64,000 nucleotides of DNA from a virus (IMGVR_UViG_3300027845_000169:1-64000), one strand, 5' to 3'. Positions 1 through 9,742 are shown, counted from the stretch's first letter. Translations and numbers: made by a program. Notes: generated by a model not told the origin, from the sequence alone.

Positions 1-1130
1 GAGGCTCAGCTGCAGCCCGAGGTTGTAGCGGAAGTCATGTGGGGGAAGGTTTCCTTGTCCCGATGGGTGATGGCTTCTGCGGAGAGTGAGAAAGCAAGTT
101 TTGGGGGAAGGCCCTCTCCTCTTGAGGTTCTTCTGTGTAAAACTTTACACAAAGAGGACCTCTCAAATGTTTCGTCCCAAGATTTGGGCTAAACTTTGGG
201 TGACCGTCCAGGGTGGGGCGCAATTAATGTCACCGGTGACACTTGCGCCCGGGTAATTGTGCGCTACCTCCAATAATTATTCCAAAACTTTGTTAAAGTT
301 GAATGCTGCTTTCCGTCTTCTGGTCCTGTGGGTCCTATGTTTGTAACAAACTTTGTGTTGTTCCGAAACCGGTTGGATGGGTGTTGGATGGGTGCTGCAA
401 GTCACTTCCAATTATCTTCCAAAAGTAAAAGTTTGGGACGAAACTGGATACCACAACTACTTCAGCCAGCGCAACCCCGGGAGCACAGAAGAGAGTTGGC
501 CATTTGAAAAGAAGTTTCCGAGCAAAAACGATGGACTGCGAGCCTGTGTAAAGTTAGGAGTGTCTGACTTCTGGTTACACCTGGGAGTGCACCCTGGCAG
601 CAGCAGTTTTTTTCGTCCCGGAATACAAAACTTTGGGAGGAGGTGATGGCGTAGTTGTCCCGGTCCCCGGGTGGCGGAAAAGTTGCTGTGCTGCAACTAC
701 ACCAATGCGCCCCATGGCGTAACTCCTACAATGCGCTTCCTAACTTTTGGGTTTTTCAAAATGGGAATAAGAGGTTCCTACGAAACCTCCGAGAACTACG
801 GCGACACAGTTTGTAGTTAAGGCTCCTAACTTTCGCCGGTGTGGGTATCTTGAATACTTAAAGACAGCCTTTGTGGGTATCCGTTTGGCCAAAGTTGAAT
901 ATAATTGAGCATAATTGACTACAATTGACTAAAGTGAGCCAATATATTTTTTGGATACCCTTTCGGACACTTTTGGGGCTTGAATCGCCGCTATGGTATC
1001 CGAATTAGATAATAGGGTTGCCTCATCTTCCCCCAAATACGACACTCGGAGTATTTGGACCAGGTGGGAAGTGAACCTGCCTAAATTGCAGGTGTGGCCA
1101 ACCCGTTATTAAGGTGGGATGGATGATATT
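1..1130. other. Non-coding, repeat-rich region (possible genome terminus or replication origin)
   Basis: No credible gene over ~1.1 kb in an otherwise gene-dense sequence; recurring AACTTT and GGTATC/GATACC words, short direct repeats and a palindrome. Confidence 0.5.
216..250. repeat. Inverted repeat / palindrome
   Basis: GGGCGCAA (216-223) pairs with TTGCGCCC (243-250), enclosing perfect 14-bp palindrome TGTCACCGGTGACA (228-241). Confidence 0.8.
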
Positions 1131-1136
1131 AAGTAG
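1129..1136 (+). promoter_or_regulatory. TATA-like promoter TTAAGTAG
   Basis: 29 nt before ATG 1158; same motif and spacing recur before dozens of genes. Confidence 0.75.
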
Positions 1137-1157
1137 CAAGACCTATGAAAAGAGAGT

Positions 1158-2120
1158 ATGCACCCTATTAAGGACCCAAGATTGTGGGCTTTAGGTGGTG
1201 TTGGCCTACTCATTTACCTTCAAACAGAACACGGTTTGTTTGGTGGAGGCTCTTTCTATGGCAAGGCAGAACATGAAGAAGATGAAGATATTTCATCCTG
1301 TTCGTGGTGTAGTGACGACATCGTATCCGAAAAAGATGAGAGATACATTAGAGGAGAATTAATTTGTGAGGAGTGCGAAAGTGCTTGGCATGAACAACCT
1401 GCTGATGGAGGCTTTGGGGCTGAAGGCGAAGATATGTGGAAAGCACCAACTTTCCGAGAAGAAGTTAATGAAATTGCTTGGGGTAACATGACGGACCGTG
1501 AACCTTTTGAAGATGAAGAAACTCTTGAGAAACTTCATGAGTATGCTATCAAATCTTTTGGATTTGAAGAGTTGAGGGTTGTATTACTGAAAGAAGGTAA
1601 CATAAGTCCAGCAGTTCAAGACATACTGGAAGAGGAAGCCTATGAAGCAGAAAGCCACGCTTTGATGGCAGACATGACTGGAATTATGCCACCGTCTGCT
1701 CTATGGAATGAGGAAGATGATGAGGCAGATTTGGATTCATCAAACTATTTCGCCGAAACGATTATAGGTGATGACTTCCACGCTGAATACATGGCAGACA
1801 GTAAGAGTGGCGGGTCATCCAGCCGATTTATGAAACCAAGCGAGGTCATTGACCTATTCAAGAAAGCAAATGGCACACTTGTTAGTGTAACATTTGTCAA
1901 GCGCACCAATGGCGAAGTCCGTAAGATGCTCGCTCGCACCTCCGTTAAGAAGGGTGTCAAGGGTGTCGGACTCAAGTTCAGTCCAAAGAACAAGAACCTT
2001 ATGGGAGTTTATGACTTCCAAAAAGTCCGTGAGGGTGCTGACCCTTGGAAATGCTACCGTTTCGTTCCTGTTGATGCAGTTCTCTCCATGCGAGTTCGTG
2101 GTAAGACCTACACCGCATGA
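1158..2120 (+). CDS. Membrane-anchored mosaic protein (N-terminal TM helix, CxxC module, acidic modules, C-terminal SH3/WYL-like domain)
   Basis: LWALGGVGLLIYL hydrophobic start; CSWC/CEEC; C-terminal TFVKRTNGEVRKM...VYDFQK...YRFVPVD resembles small phage SH3-barrel proteins; FGAE/YEAE/FHAE delimiters. Confidence 0.7.
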   Translation: MHPIKDPRLWALGGVGLLIYLQTEHGLFGGGSFYGKAEHEEDEDISSCSWCSDDIVSEKDERYIRGELICEECESAWHEQPADGGFGAEGEDMWKAPTFREEVNEIAWGNMTDREPFEDEETLEKLHEYAIKSFGFEELRVVLLKEGNISPAVQDILEEEAYEAESHALMADMTGIMPPSALWNEEDDEADLDSSNYFAETIIGDDFHAEYMADSKSGGSSSRFMKPSEVIDLFKKANGTLVSVTFVKRTNGEVRKMLARTSVKKGVKGVGLKFSPKNKNLMGVYDFQKVREGADPWKCYRFVPVDAVLSMRVRGKTYTA

Positions 2121-2153
2121 AGTTTCAAGTAGGAGATTGCTCAATCATCTATT

Positions 2154-2639
2154 ATGAATGAGGCAATGGTCGCCGAGGCATTGATGAATCTTAATGGCTT
2201 ACGAGCCAAGATAACAGTTCCTAATATGCTTCGCACAATGAGTTTATCTTCAAGAGGGCCTCATGCAACATCGGCTAAGGCTATCGTTAAGGAGTGGGCT
2301 GACAATGGTTGGCTCAATGGTGATGAGAAGTTAGGTTTCAAACCAACTAAAGAAGGTTTGGCTATCATTAGAAAGAAAGTGGTGGAAGAACCTTGGCTGG
2401 CAGAAGCCGAAGAATTGATTGATAAACTTGGAACTCCTAATTTACCGGAAATCAAATGGCGTGAAGAATTGAAACATCATAGTGAATGGTTCAAAGTTGC
2501 TCGTTGGCCTTTCCTCAAAGATTCAAGATTTTACTTGCGTGGTATCAACAATAAGGGAGAAGATAAACCACATTCACCACCCGAAGATGGATGGGTTGAA
2601 GGTGAAATCCCCTTAGATTGGATTCCATTAGGTGAGTAA
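2154..2639 (+). CDS. Hypothetical protein
   Basis: 161-aa ORF, co-oriented with neighbours. Confidence 0.6.
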   Translation: MNEAMVAEALMNLNGLRAKITVPNMLRTMSLSSRGPHATSAKAIVKEWADNGWLNGDEKLGFKPTKEGLAIIRKKVVEEPWLAEAEELIDKLGTPNLPEIKWREELKHHSEWFKVARWPFLKDSRFYLRGINNKGEDKPHSPPEDGWVEGEIPLDWIPLGE

Positions 2640-2641
2640 GT

Positions 2642-2974
2642 TTGCCTTACAAGGATAGGTCCAAAAGACTTGCTTATGCTAAGGCATACAACAAGAAACA
2701 TTATGAATCCAATCCCGAATACCACAAAGCCAAGGCTAAAAGGTCAAGGCAGACTGTGAAAGATTGGTTCAAAGATTTGAAGTCAAAACTGTCGTGCAAA
2801 GTTTGTGGTGAAGATGACCCCGTGGTATTAGACTTCCACCATCGTGATGAAACAACCAAAGAGTTCAGCATTTCCGAAGGACTGCGAAGGTATTCTCGGC
2901 AAAGAATGTTGGATGAAATAGACAAGTGTGATGTGATGTGTGCTAATTGTCACCGCCGTCATCATCATGGATAG
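2642..2974 (+). CDS. HNH endonuclease
   Basis: CKVC...LDFHH...CANCHRRHH zinc-binding HNH signature. Confidence 0.85.
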   Translation: MPYKDRSKRLAYAKAYNKKHYESNPEYHKAKAKRSRQTVKDWFKDLKSKLSCKVCGEDDPVVLDFHHRDETTKEFSISEGLRRYSRQRMLDEIDKCDVMCANCHRRHHHG

Positions 2975-3006
2975 GCTTTAAGTAGCGGAACTGACCATAG
3001 AATACT

Positions 3007-3135
3007 ATGCTCTCATTCTCACAACTTTTTGCTGATATTGAAATGGAGCAAGAAGCCAAAATTATAACTCTTTTTGGTGTTGCTACTATGCTGGGTGGTA
3101 TGGCTCTTATGGCAGTAAGTCATTATGGGAAGTGA
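3007..3135 (+). CDS. Small membrane protein (42 aa, not in ORF track)
   Basis: MLSFSQLFADIEMEQEAKIITLFGVATMLGGMALMAVSHYGK; TTAAGTAG at 2978, exactly 29 nt upstream. Confidence 0.6.
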   Translation: MLSFSQLFADIEMEQEAKIITLFGVATMLGGMALMAVSHYGK

Positions 3136-3352
3136 AATTATGCGTATGAATAATTATCCGGACGGGACTCCGATACCCGAAGCCCTACCTCAAGCCTACA
3201 AAGAAGGAAACTTAGCCCGCAATTGTGGTAACTGCTCCTTCGTCATGTTCTTAGACAATAACTACTATTGTGGTAAGTTTTCCGGCAATCCCGAAGTTCG
3301 TGCTAACTGGGTTTGTGCTGCTTGGAAACCTGCTATGCAACCTAAATCATAA
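3125..3352 (+). CDS. Small HiPIP-like four-cysteine protein
   Basis: CGNCSF...YCGKF...NWVCAAW resembles the high-potential iron-sulfur protein Cys pattern. Confidence 0.5.
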   Translation: MGSEIMRMNNYPDGTPIPEALPQAYKEGNLARNCGNCSFVMFLDNNYYCGKFSGNPEVRANWVCAAWKPAMQPKS

Positions 3353-3390
3353 GCCAAGGTTTATCTATGATACCGCACCCATAGGTCGGT

Positions 3391-4329
3391 ATGGAACATA
3401 AATGGTATGGCGACCATTCTGTTCAAACTGCTATATGGGCTATGGCTCGTAATCATGAAACTAAGTTTCAAATAGTGCATCGTGAAGGTGAAGTATTCGG
3501 CATTCGCCGCAGAAGAATGTGGGGAAGTGATGCCATAAAAACTGAATTGCAGACTTTATCTGCAAATCAAAGACCAATTGGAATCTTCATCAGCACTAAT
3601 GCTATCAATTGGAAAGTTATTCCACCGGATTTACTACCTCCTTCGTTGAGAAAGAAGGGAACAAGTGGTTACGATAACACCGCATTGAAAGGTTACAAGA
3701 AAACTTGGGACGGCTTATTGACTCCGGCAGCCTTGGAAGCCGTTGAAATGGATTTCATGGAAGTTTGGGACAATGGAAAGATTATGGTTTTTGACTTTGA
3801 CGATGAAGATAATCCGATGGCTGCCTTCAAAGCCGCACGACTGACACAAGATTATTTGGAAAAGGAACATCAAGTCAAAGGGGTGATGGTATTTAGTGGG
3901 AACAAAGGTTTTCACATTTGGGTTGCACCTACGGATGCTGAAAGTTTGGCAGGTTGTGTGCTCCAAGATTTCCGAACACAAGGGGACCCTTTGAAACAAC
4001 AAGGCCAACTTTACGCAAACTTTGTGAAACAAACAGTTTTGGCTGCCACGGGTAACTCTTTGCCAAATTATGATTTGTCGCCTAACTATCGTCAAGGTAT
4101 TGTTAGGTGTCCGTATTCCATTCACGAGAAGTCCGGACAAATTGTATGGCCACTTTCTCCAACTGAAGTTTTGGAATTACAAAAGTTTGAGGACAAAGTT
4201 CTGGACCCCGAAGGAGTTGCCCGGGTGCTCCACAGTTGGGACACTCCAAACTTTGTGGATTCTAAGAAAGGTTTGAGTTACTTTCCGCCTTGCACGAGTG
4301 TGCACTCAAGAAATATGTGGCGACTTTAG
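3391..4329 (+). CDS. priS: Archaeo-eukaryotic primase, catalytic small subunit-like
   Basis: VFDFD (motif I), FSGNKGFH (motif II), RCPYSIHEKSG. Confidence 0.8.
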   Translation: MEHKWYGDHSVQTAIWAMARNHETKFQIVHREGEVFGIRRRRMWGSDAIKTELQTLSANQRPIGIFISTNAINWKVIPPDLLPPSLRKKGTSGYDNTALKGYKKTWDGLLTPAALEAVEMDFMEVWDNGKIMVFDFDDEDNPMAAFKAARLTQDYLEKEHQVKGVMVFSGNKGFHIWVAPTDAESLAGCVLQDFRTQGDPLKQQGQLYANFVKQTVLAATGNSLPNYDLSPNYRQGIVRCPYSIHEKSGQIVWPLSPTEVLELQKFEDKVLDPEGVARVLHSWDTPNFVDSKKGLSYFPPCTSVHSRNMWRL

Positions 4330-5051
4330 TTCTTCTTCTTGCCAGTTAGAATAAGGACTGCACCTAATCCAATTATTCCAATTAACATCGGGCTAATTCC
4401 TACGGGCGGTGGTGTTGAACCTTGAATGGCAGCGTTTGGGTCACCCGAAGTAGTAGTCGTAGTAGTGCTTCCATCTTGTGGTAGCCCATAATCAATTTCC
4501 TCTTGCTCCTTTTCCGGAACATAAAGTTTGTATTCAATACAACCGGAAGGTTTAGCACAATTTCCGGAGGCTTTACCTACACAGGCTTCAATAGTATAGT
4601 TACCTGCACGGTCAAAAAGATATTCTTTGTAATTTTCATTAGGGCAATCTCCCTCACCTTCAACTCCCGAAATATCATTGTTGTGAATAACTTTAGTTTG
4701 GCCATCGGTGGACCTCCATGTTACTTTGACAGTTCCCTTATGTTTAGCAGTTTCGTCATAATGATAACCTGTCCCTGCTCCGCTGGTATCCTTTCCTCGG
4801 AATGATACAATCGCTGATGACTCAAATGGTATTTGTTCTTCGGGCGTTCCACGAATACCAATTTTCATACGGTGTCGTGTTCCACAATTATTGTAAGGGT
4901 CCTTTTGATACCATCCATCATTATTAGGGTCCGTTTCTGTCATCCATGTTACATCATCGTAATTCCACGGACATTCGGCATGAAAAGTTTGGGACTCGGA
5001 AGCATAGACATAGGAATATGGACCATTAGATACAAAGTAGTTGAAACTCAT
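4326..5051 (-). CDS. Cys-containing beta-rich protein with C-terminal membrane anchor
   Basis: Thr/Pro linker followed by TM helix and KKKN; similar to 62469-63329. Confidence 0.65.
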   Translation of the reverse strand: MSFNYFVSNGPYSYVYASESQTFHAECPWNYDDVTWMTETDPNNDGWYQKDPYNNCGTRHRMKIGIRGTPEEQIPFESSAIVSFRGKDTSGAGTGYHYDETAKHKGTVKVTWRSTDGQTKVIHNNDISGVEGEGDCPNENYKEYLFDRAGNYTIEACVGKASGNCAKPSGCIEYKLYVPEKEQEEIDYGLPQDGSTTTTTTSGDPNAAIQGSTPPPVGISPMLIGIIGLGAVLILTGKKKN

Positions 5052-6109
5052 TATTGTTCTCCTCCTAATATGAAGTAGGCACCGAATAACATTACCATGA
5101 CTAATATAATTTGATTATTAGGGTTACTGGAAGACTGGGCTAAACCTCGGGTAGTATAAGATTGAACCGAAGGTTTTGAAGAGGCGACCTCACCTGCATT
5201 AGTTAATGCTGGGCTTGCTCGGACAATCGGGGCTAACTTATCACCCATTGCTTGAACAACATCTATGGTATAAGTGTGATTGAAACCACCCGGAACTGGG
5301 AAACGGCAATCATATTTATTAGTGTCAATGAATCCATAAGCGTCTTGTTTGATGCGGTGATACATCCACGCTATTTCTGCTGCCAATATCGCCCAACCTG
5401 CGGCGGCGGCTGCGGCACAACCTACACCCATAGTAAATGGTGCAGTCCCACACCCAACGAAAAACATTGCAGCAACAAGGGCTAAATCAACAATCAGCGG
5501 AAGTATATCTTCCATGTAAAACTCTAAGGCTTTCTCAAAGTCGCTTCTTTCGGCTGATGCAGAATATCCATAATGGCAATCAAGGTATAATGGACCCGGT
5601 GGCCAATCATCTTCAATATAGAACTCGGTTTCTAACATTCCATTAGAGTCCGTTTCAAGAGTCCGACTGCGAACATTTACCATCATAGAAGCCGGTGAAA
5701 GAAGGGGTAAAAGTTCCTCCACCAAGGCATCTGTGTTTTTAATTAGTCTGTCTTGCTCCTCCGGAGTTTTGGTATCCAAAAGTTTTCGCATTTCATTCAT
5801 CATGTAACCCATGTTGAGTGCGGTGAGAGAAACAGTTACTCTATCGGACTTGGCTTTGCTATCATCTCCCAAAGTTTTGACTTTGATGAATACTTTATCA
5901 CCATTGCCGACTTGAGGATAAACGAACTCGGTAGTCCCTTCGGAAGTGGTAATCTTATCCAAAGTTCTCGGCATTCCTTCGTTACTGCGAACGATAACTT
6001 CCGATTTGAAGCCAGTATTACAATCGTAATCTTCTTCATACCATATTTGGTCGGGACTTTTGCCGCTTTGCATCCAATTAACCAAAGAATCACTCTCCGC
6101 TATCTTCAC
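5051..6109 (-). CDS. Membrane protein
   Basis: Long central hydrophobic hairpin and C-terminal TM helix. Confidence 0.65.
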   Translation of the reverse strand: MKIAESDSLVNWMQSGKSPDQIWYEEDYDCNTGFKSEVIVRSNEGMPRTLDKITTSEGTTEFVYPQVGNGDKVFIKVKTLGDDSKAKSDRVTVSLTALNMGYMMNEMRKLLDTKTPEEQDRLIKNTDALVEELLPLLSPASMMVNVRSRTLETDSNGMLETEFYIEDDWPPGPLYLDCHYGYSASAERSDFEKALEFYMEDILPLIVDLALVAAMFFVGCGTAPFTMGVGCAAAAAAGWAILAAEIAWMYHRIKQDAYGFIDTNKYDCRFPVPGGFNHTYTIDVVQAMGDKLAPIVRASPALTNAGEVASSKPSVQSYTTRGLAQSSSNPNNQIILVMVMLFGAYFILGGEQ

Positions 6110-6758
6110 CGGAGTCGTCTTTGGTTACTGAATCTTTAACCTTTTTACCTGCAATCGCTGGGATAACGGCGGCGGCTACTAAGAATATAACGAAACCAAC
6201 TGCGAGAGAAGACACTCCCGGATTATCACCCATCCAGCCCAGCGTTCCATTGACTGTATCAGCACCGGCTTCACCTAAAACATCTCCAAGTGCATTTACG
6301 GCTCCTCCGCCGAATCGGAAGAAAGCCCAACCTATACCTACGAGAGCACCATATTGACCTGCTCTTTTAGCAAACCATTTTCCACTCTTTGTCATCATGG
6401 TTGTGTAATACTGTTTTCTAATTTGATTCCTTGCTATTTTCCTTGCTAAATCCGGCCCAATAGCCCCTGCACTTTCTTTCACAATTTGTTCTGCAACTGT
6501 TCTTGTCAGTCCTTCTCGGGCTGCTTTCCCCATCCCTTCGGTAAGACCTTCCTTGACTAACTGTTGGGCCATTTCTTTTCCTACTTTTTCGGCTGCTTCC
6601 TGTTTGACTTGTTTTTGAAGTGCCTCTTTACCTACTAATGCAAGAGGATTAGCATTGAAAATCTGTTTATTGTAGTTCACACTACTTGCACCCAAGACCA
6701 GCGGAATGACTACATTCCCAGTCGTATGGTGTTGAAAAGGATTATGAACAGCACTCAT
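6090..6758 (-). CDS. Membrane protein
   Basis: Two hydrophobic segments; TTAAATAG on - strand at 6780-6787 is 29 nt from ATG 6758. Confidence 0.65.
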   Translation of the reverse strand: MSAVHNPFQHHTTGNVVIPLVLGASSVNYNKQIFNANPLALVGKEALQKQVKQEAAEKVGKEMAQQLVKEGLTEGMGKAAREGLTRTVAEQIVKESAGAIGPDLARKIARNQIRKQYYTTMMTKSGKWFAKRAGQYGALVGIGWAFFRFGGGAVNALGDVLGEAGADTVNGTLGWMGDNPGVSSLAVGFVIFLVAAAVIPAIAGKKVKDSVTKDDSGEDSGE

Positions 6759-6834
6759 AGGCATAAGTTGTCTGTCCCACTATTTAATGCCTCACACCGG
6801 AACTTTTACATAGTGAAAACTCCTAAGAGCGTTC

Positions 6835-7002
6835 ATGAGTGATAAAGCAGATGAGAAAACCTACATCCAGCGTGTGGGTATTTGTCGCCGATGCCCTCAT
6901 GCTAAATCCAAAATGTTAGGTTCCCATTGTGAGTTGTGCGGGTGTAATATCCGTTTGAAGGCTCGTGTGAAGGGCGAACAATGTCCTATCAACAAGTGGT
7001 GA
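6835..7002 (+). CDS. Small Cys-rich zinc-binding protein (DUF6171-like; not in ORF track)
   Basis: MSDKADEKTYIQRVGICRRCPHAKSKMLGSHCELCGCNIRLKARVKGEQCPINKW: CxxC...CxxCGC...CPxxKW. Confidence 0.65.
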   Translation: MSDKADEKTYIQRVGICRRCPHAKSKMLGSHCELCGCNIRLKARVKGEQCPINKW

Positions 7003-7033
7003 AATTAAATAGTCGTAAGGCTAATTGATTATC

Positions 7034-8350
7034 ATGCCTGTCCGTCAAGTAGGAAAAAATTGTTACCAATGGGGTAATCAAAAGAAGTATTGCGGACCAA
7101 ATGCTAAGAAAAAAGCCATTCTTCAAGGTATTGCTATTGAAAATACTGGATGGAAGGAAGCGGAGAATTGGGGACGGGTAAAATCTCATCAACCTGTTCG
7201 TGATGCAACCCGAGGTTGCTACCCGTGTCCCGATTGTGGAAATCCGATGAGGGAAACTAATTCCGGAAGTTTTGGTTATTATTGTGCTTGTTACAAGTGT
7301 GGGGCAAATTATATTACCAAACCTTTGAAAGCAGAAGAAGAAAGGTGTTGTAAAGAATGCAATGTTGCTACGGGCCTAACTACTATTCAAACTGGAACTT
7401 ACTGTTACGAGTGCTTACCAATAAACTTAGGTGCCGAAGACGACTACACGAAAACTTATGGTGAGCAGCAAGGAACTATTCGCCGGAAACTTAAGAATAA
7501 AATTATGAAACAAGCAATCATGGGAACTAAGGCCGGTCAATGGTCCGCTCGCAAGTCCCAAGAACTCAAACGGCAGTATGAAGCAGCCTGTGAAAAGAAA
7601 AGTTTGGCTCCCTACAAAGGCAAGAAGACAAGTGCTCAAAAAGATTTGACCTCATGGACCAAACAAGATTGGACTACTAAGAGTGGAAAACCTTCCAGTA
7701 AAACAGGTGAAAGGTATTTACCTAAGAAGGCGATTAAGTCCCTCACCGACAAAGAATACAAGAAAACCAGTTCAAAGAAAAGAAAGGATAGTAAGAAAGG
7801 CAAACAATTCAGCAAACAACCCAGCGGAATTGCTAAGAAGGTAGCACAATACCGTGCCGAAATAGAATCCAAACCTTATCGTGTAGTTATCTCTCGTTCC
7901 ACCAACGATGCTAAGAAATTAATGGCTGTCTTTTATGATGGAGAGGATAAGAAAGTTAAGACTACACATTTTGGAGCAAGAGGGTCCAGCGACTATACGA
8001 AACATGGAGATAAGGAAAGAATGGAAAGATACCTTGAGCGACATGGTGGAGGATTTGAAACAAGCACCAAAGAAAATTGGAAAGACCCCATGACTGCGGG
8101 TGCACTCTCCCGATGGATTCTTTGGAATAAACCCGACCTTGGCCGAAGTTTCAATGACTATTTGCGCCGCTTCAATCTCAAAGGTGAGTTAAAAGTTTCT
8201 AAGTCTGCTGAAACTGGAATTGAAAAGTTTGGAGCAACTACGAAAGAGGACTTTCTTTCTGTAACCCAAGGGGTTACAGAAAGAAAACTACATTGGGTTC
8301 CAATCTTTTGTGGTATGGGATTGGCCTTCTTGACTTTCCGTAACCGTTAA
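7034..8350 (+). CDS. Mosaic multidomain protein (Zn ribbons, DUF5872-like and DUF5754-like domains, C-terminal TM helix)
   Basis: GQWSARKSQ...WTKQDW...GERYLPKKA and HFGARGSSDYTKH...RYLERH...LSRWILW resemble small viral domain families; TTAAATAG at 7005, 29 nt before ATG 7034. Confidence 0.7.
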   Translation: MPVRQVGKNCYQWGNQKKYCGPNAKKKAILQGIAIENTGWKEAENWGRVKSHQPVRDATRGCYPCPDCGNPMRETNSGSFGYYCACYKCGANYITKPLKAEEERCCKECNVATGLTTIQTGTYCYECLPINLGAEDDYTKTYGEQQGTIRRKLKNKIMKQAIMGTKAGQWSARKSQELKRQYEAACEKKSLAPYKGKKTSAQKDLTSWTKQDWTTKSGKPSSKTGERYLPKKAIKSLTDKEYKKTSSKKRKDSKKGKQFSKQPSGIAKKVAQYRAEIESKPYRVVISRSTNDAKKLMAVFYDGEDKKVKTTHFGARGSSDYTKHGDKERMERYLERHGGGFETSTKENWKDPMTAGALSRWILWNKPDLGRSFNDYLRRFNLKGELKVSKSAETGIEKFGATTKEDFLSVTQGVTERKLHWVPIFCGMGLAFLTFRNR

Positions 8351-8375
8351 GTGGGTGCTTCCCTTATAGAATAAT

Positions 8376-8984
8376 ATGATGGCTACTGTAAAGGATGTTC
8401 CCGAGGGTAAGGGTATGAGCGGTCATGAGTTATATGAGTTACCGGATGACCCTTCTGCTTACGAGAGAAGAATGGGAAACAATACAACTTATGTGCCCCT
8501 AACTGTATTCTGTCCTTCATGTAGTGATATTGTTCAGTATGACCGCCGTATCAATGCTGTGGTTCCAAAATGGACTGTCATGGAGTCGGACTATGTATTC
8601 AATATCATATATGACGAAGATGAAACGGGGACCTTTGCTCGTTGCGGTGCTTGTAATCACGACCTCCGAAGTGAGGTAAAAGGATTGGCTTCTAAGACAC
8701 AACCCAAACAACGAAAGCGAAAGAAGGAGCGAACTTTGTTAGCCCCGGCTGAATTGTTAGACGGTGGTATCTATCACAATGGTTATTTTGCTTGTTCCAT
8801 AAGTGAGTTCAAGCGAGTGGCCAAAAAAGGACACGAAGTTAAGAGTGGTATATCACCAGCCGTGGAGTTTGGTGGCACTACTTATGTAATATCTCTTTCA
8901 AAGTTTATCACATTTTGGAAAGAAATGGAAATTGAAAATGAAACTATGGTAGGAATCCCACGCATATATTGGAAGGAAGTGTGA
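8376..8984 (+). CDS. Hypothetical Zn-ribbon protein
   Basis: CPSC...CGAC; TTAAGTGG 29 nt upstream. Confidence 0.65.
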   Translation: MMATVKDVPEGKGMSGHELYELPDDPSAYERRMGNNTTYVPLTVFCPSCSDIVQYDRRINAVVPKWTVMESDYVFNIIYDEDETGTFARCGACNHDLRSEVKGLASKTQPKQRKRKKERTLLAPAELLDGGIYHNGYFACSISEFKRVAKKGHEVKSGISPAVEFGGTTYVISLSKFITFWKEMEIENETMVGIPRIYWKEV

Positions 8985-9021
8985 GAAGGCATTAAATAGG
9001 TGAAAAGACGAAGGTAATAAT

Positions 9022-9708
9022 ATGAAAGATGGTGACGAGTTTGACAGACTTCACGATGAATACCTTGCTTTCCTTGATGAAGGAGCAGGTGATTACCTAC
9101 AAGAACACGCCGAAATTATGCAAGACTCCTTGGGTTTGGATTCAGCAGATACGGTCCCAGTCGTTGGGATTAATCCATTAACTGCGGAACCTTATATTAT
9201 GACCCTCGCAATGGTTGGCTACAAAGAAATTAATGGTGAAATGTATCAATGCAGTCTTGCATGGTATCCATTTCCAAAACTTCCGGTTGAAGTAATGCGT
9301 CTTTTGCATAAGAAAGAAAATACTCTTATGGCTGATGACGGAGATGATGAAGACATCGTGGCCGAATTACTCCGAAGAAGATTGGCTATTGTAGCACTTA
9401 TTGAAGATACAGACGATGCCGATGCTGTCGGTTGGAAACAAGTTTTGAAAGAAGTTCAAACAGGCCAGCGGAATACTAATTTTGAAGATGCTATGGGTGC
9501 AGATGAAATCATGGACGACTTTGGTGAACAACTAACAGGAATGTTAGGTGATTTACTTTCCGGTAGTATGGATGATATGACTTTCGGAGATTTAGTCCGT
9601 ATGATTGCTGACGCTCAAGAGTTTGACAAGCGGGTTGAACCTGTGGTTGCTAAGGCTGATGAAGACTTCACCGAATGGGATGACACTTTCGTTTCCGATT
9701 GGGAGTGA
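9022..9708 (+). CDS. Acidic hypothetical protein
   Basis: 228-aa ORF with TTAAATAGGTG promoter at 8992. Confidence 0.65.
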   Translation: MKDGDEFDRLHDEYLAFLDEGAGDYLQEHAEIMQDSLGLDSADTVPVVGINPLTAEPYIMTLAMVGYKEINGEMYQCSLAWYPFPKLPVEVMRLLHKKENTLMADDGDDEDIVAELLRRRLAIVALIEDTDDADAVGWKQVLKEVQTGQRNTNFEDAMGADEIMDDFGEQLTGMLGDLLSGSMDDMTFGDLVRMIADAQEFDKRVEPVVAKADEDFTEWDDTFVSDWE

Positions 9709-9742
9709 AAGTATAAATAGGTGAAATAACCCTGTTTAGCAC

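Noticed and set aside
35-696. Three short ORFs in the left-end region
   Set aside because: No promoter at the 29-30 nt spacing, no motifs and atypical composition; probably non-coding
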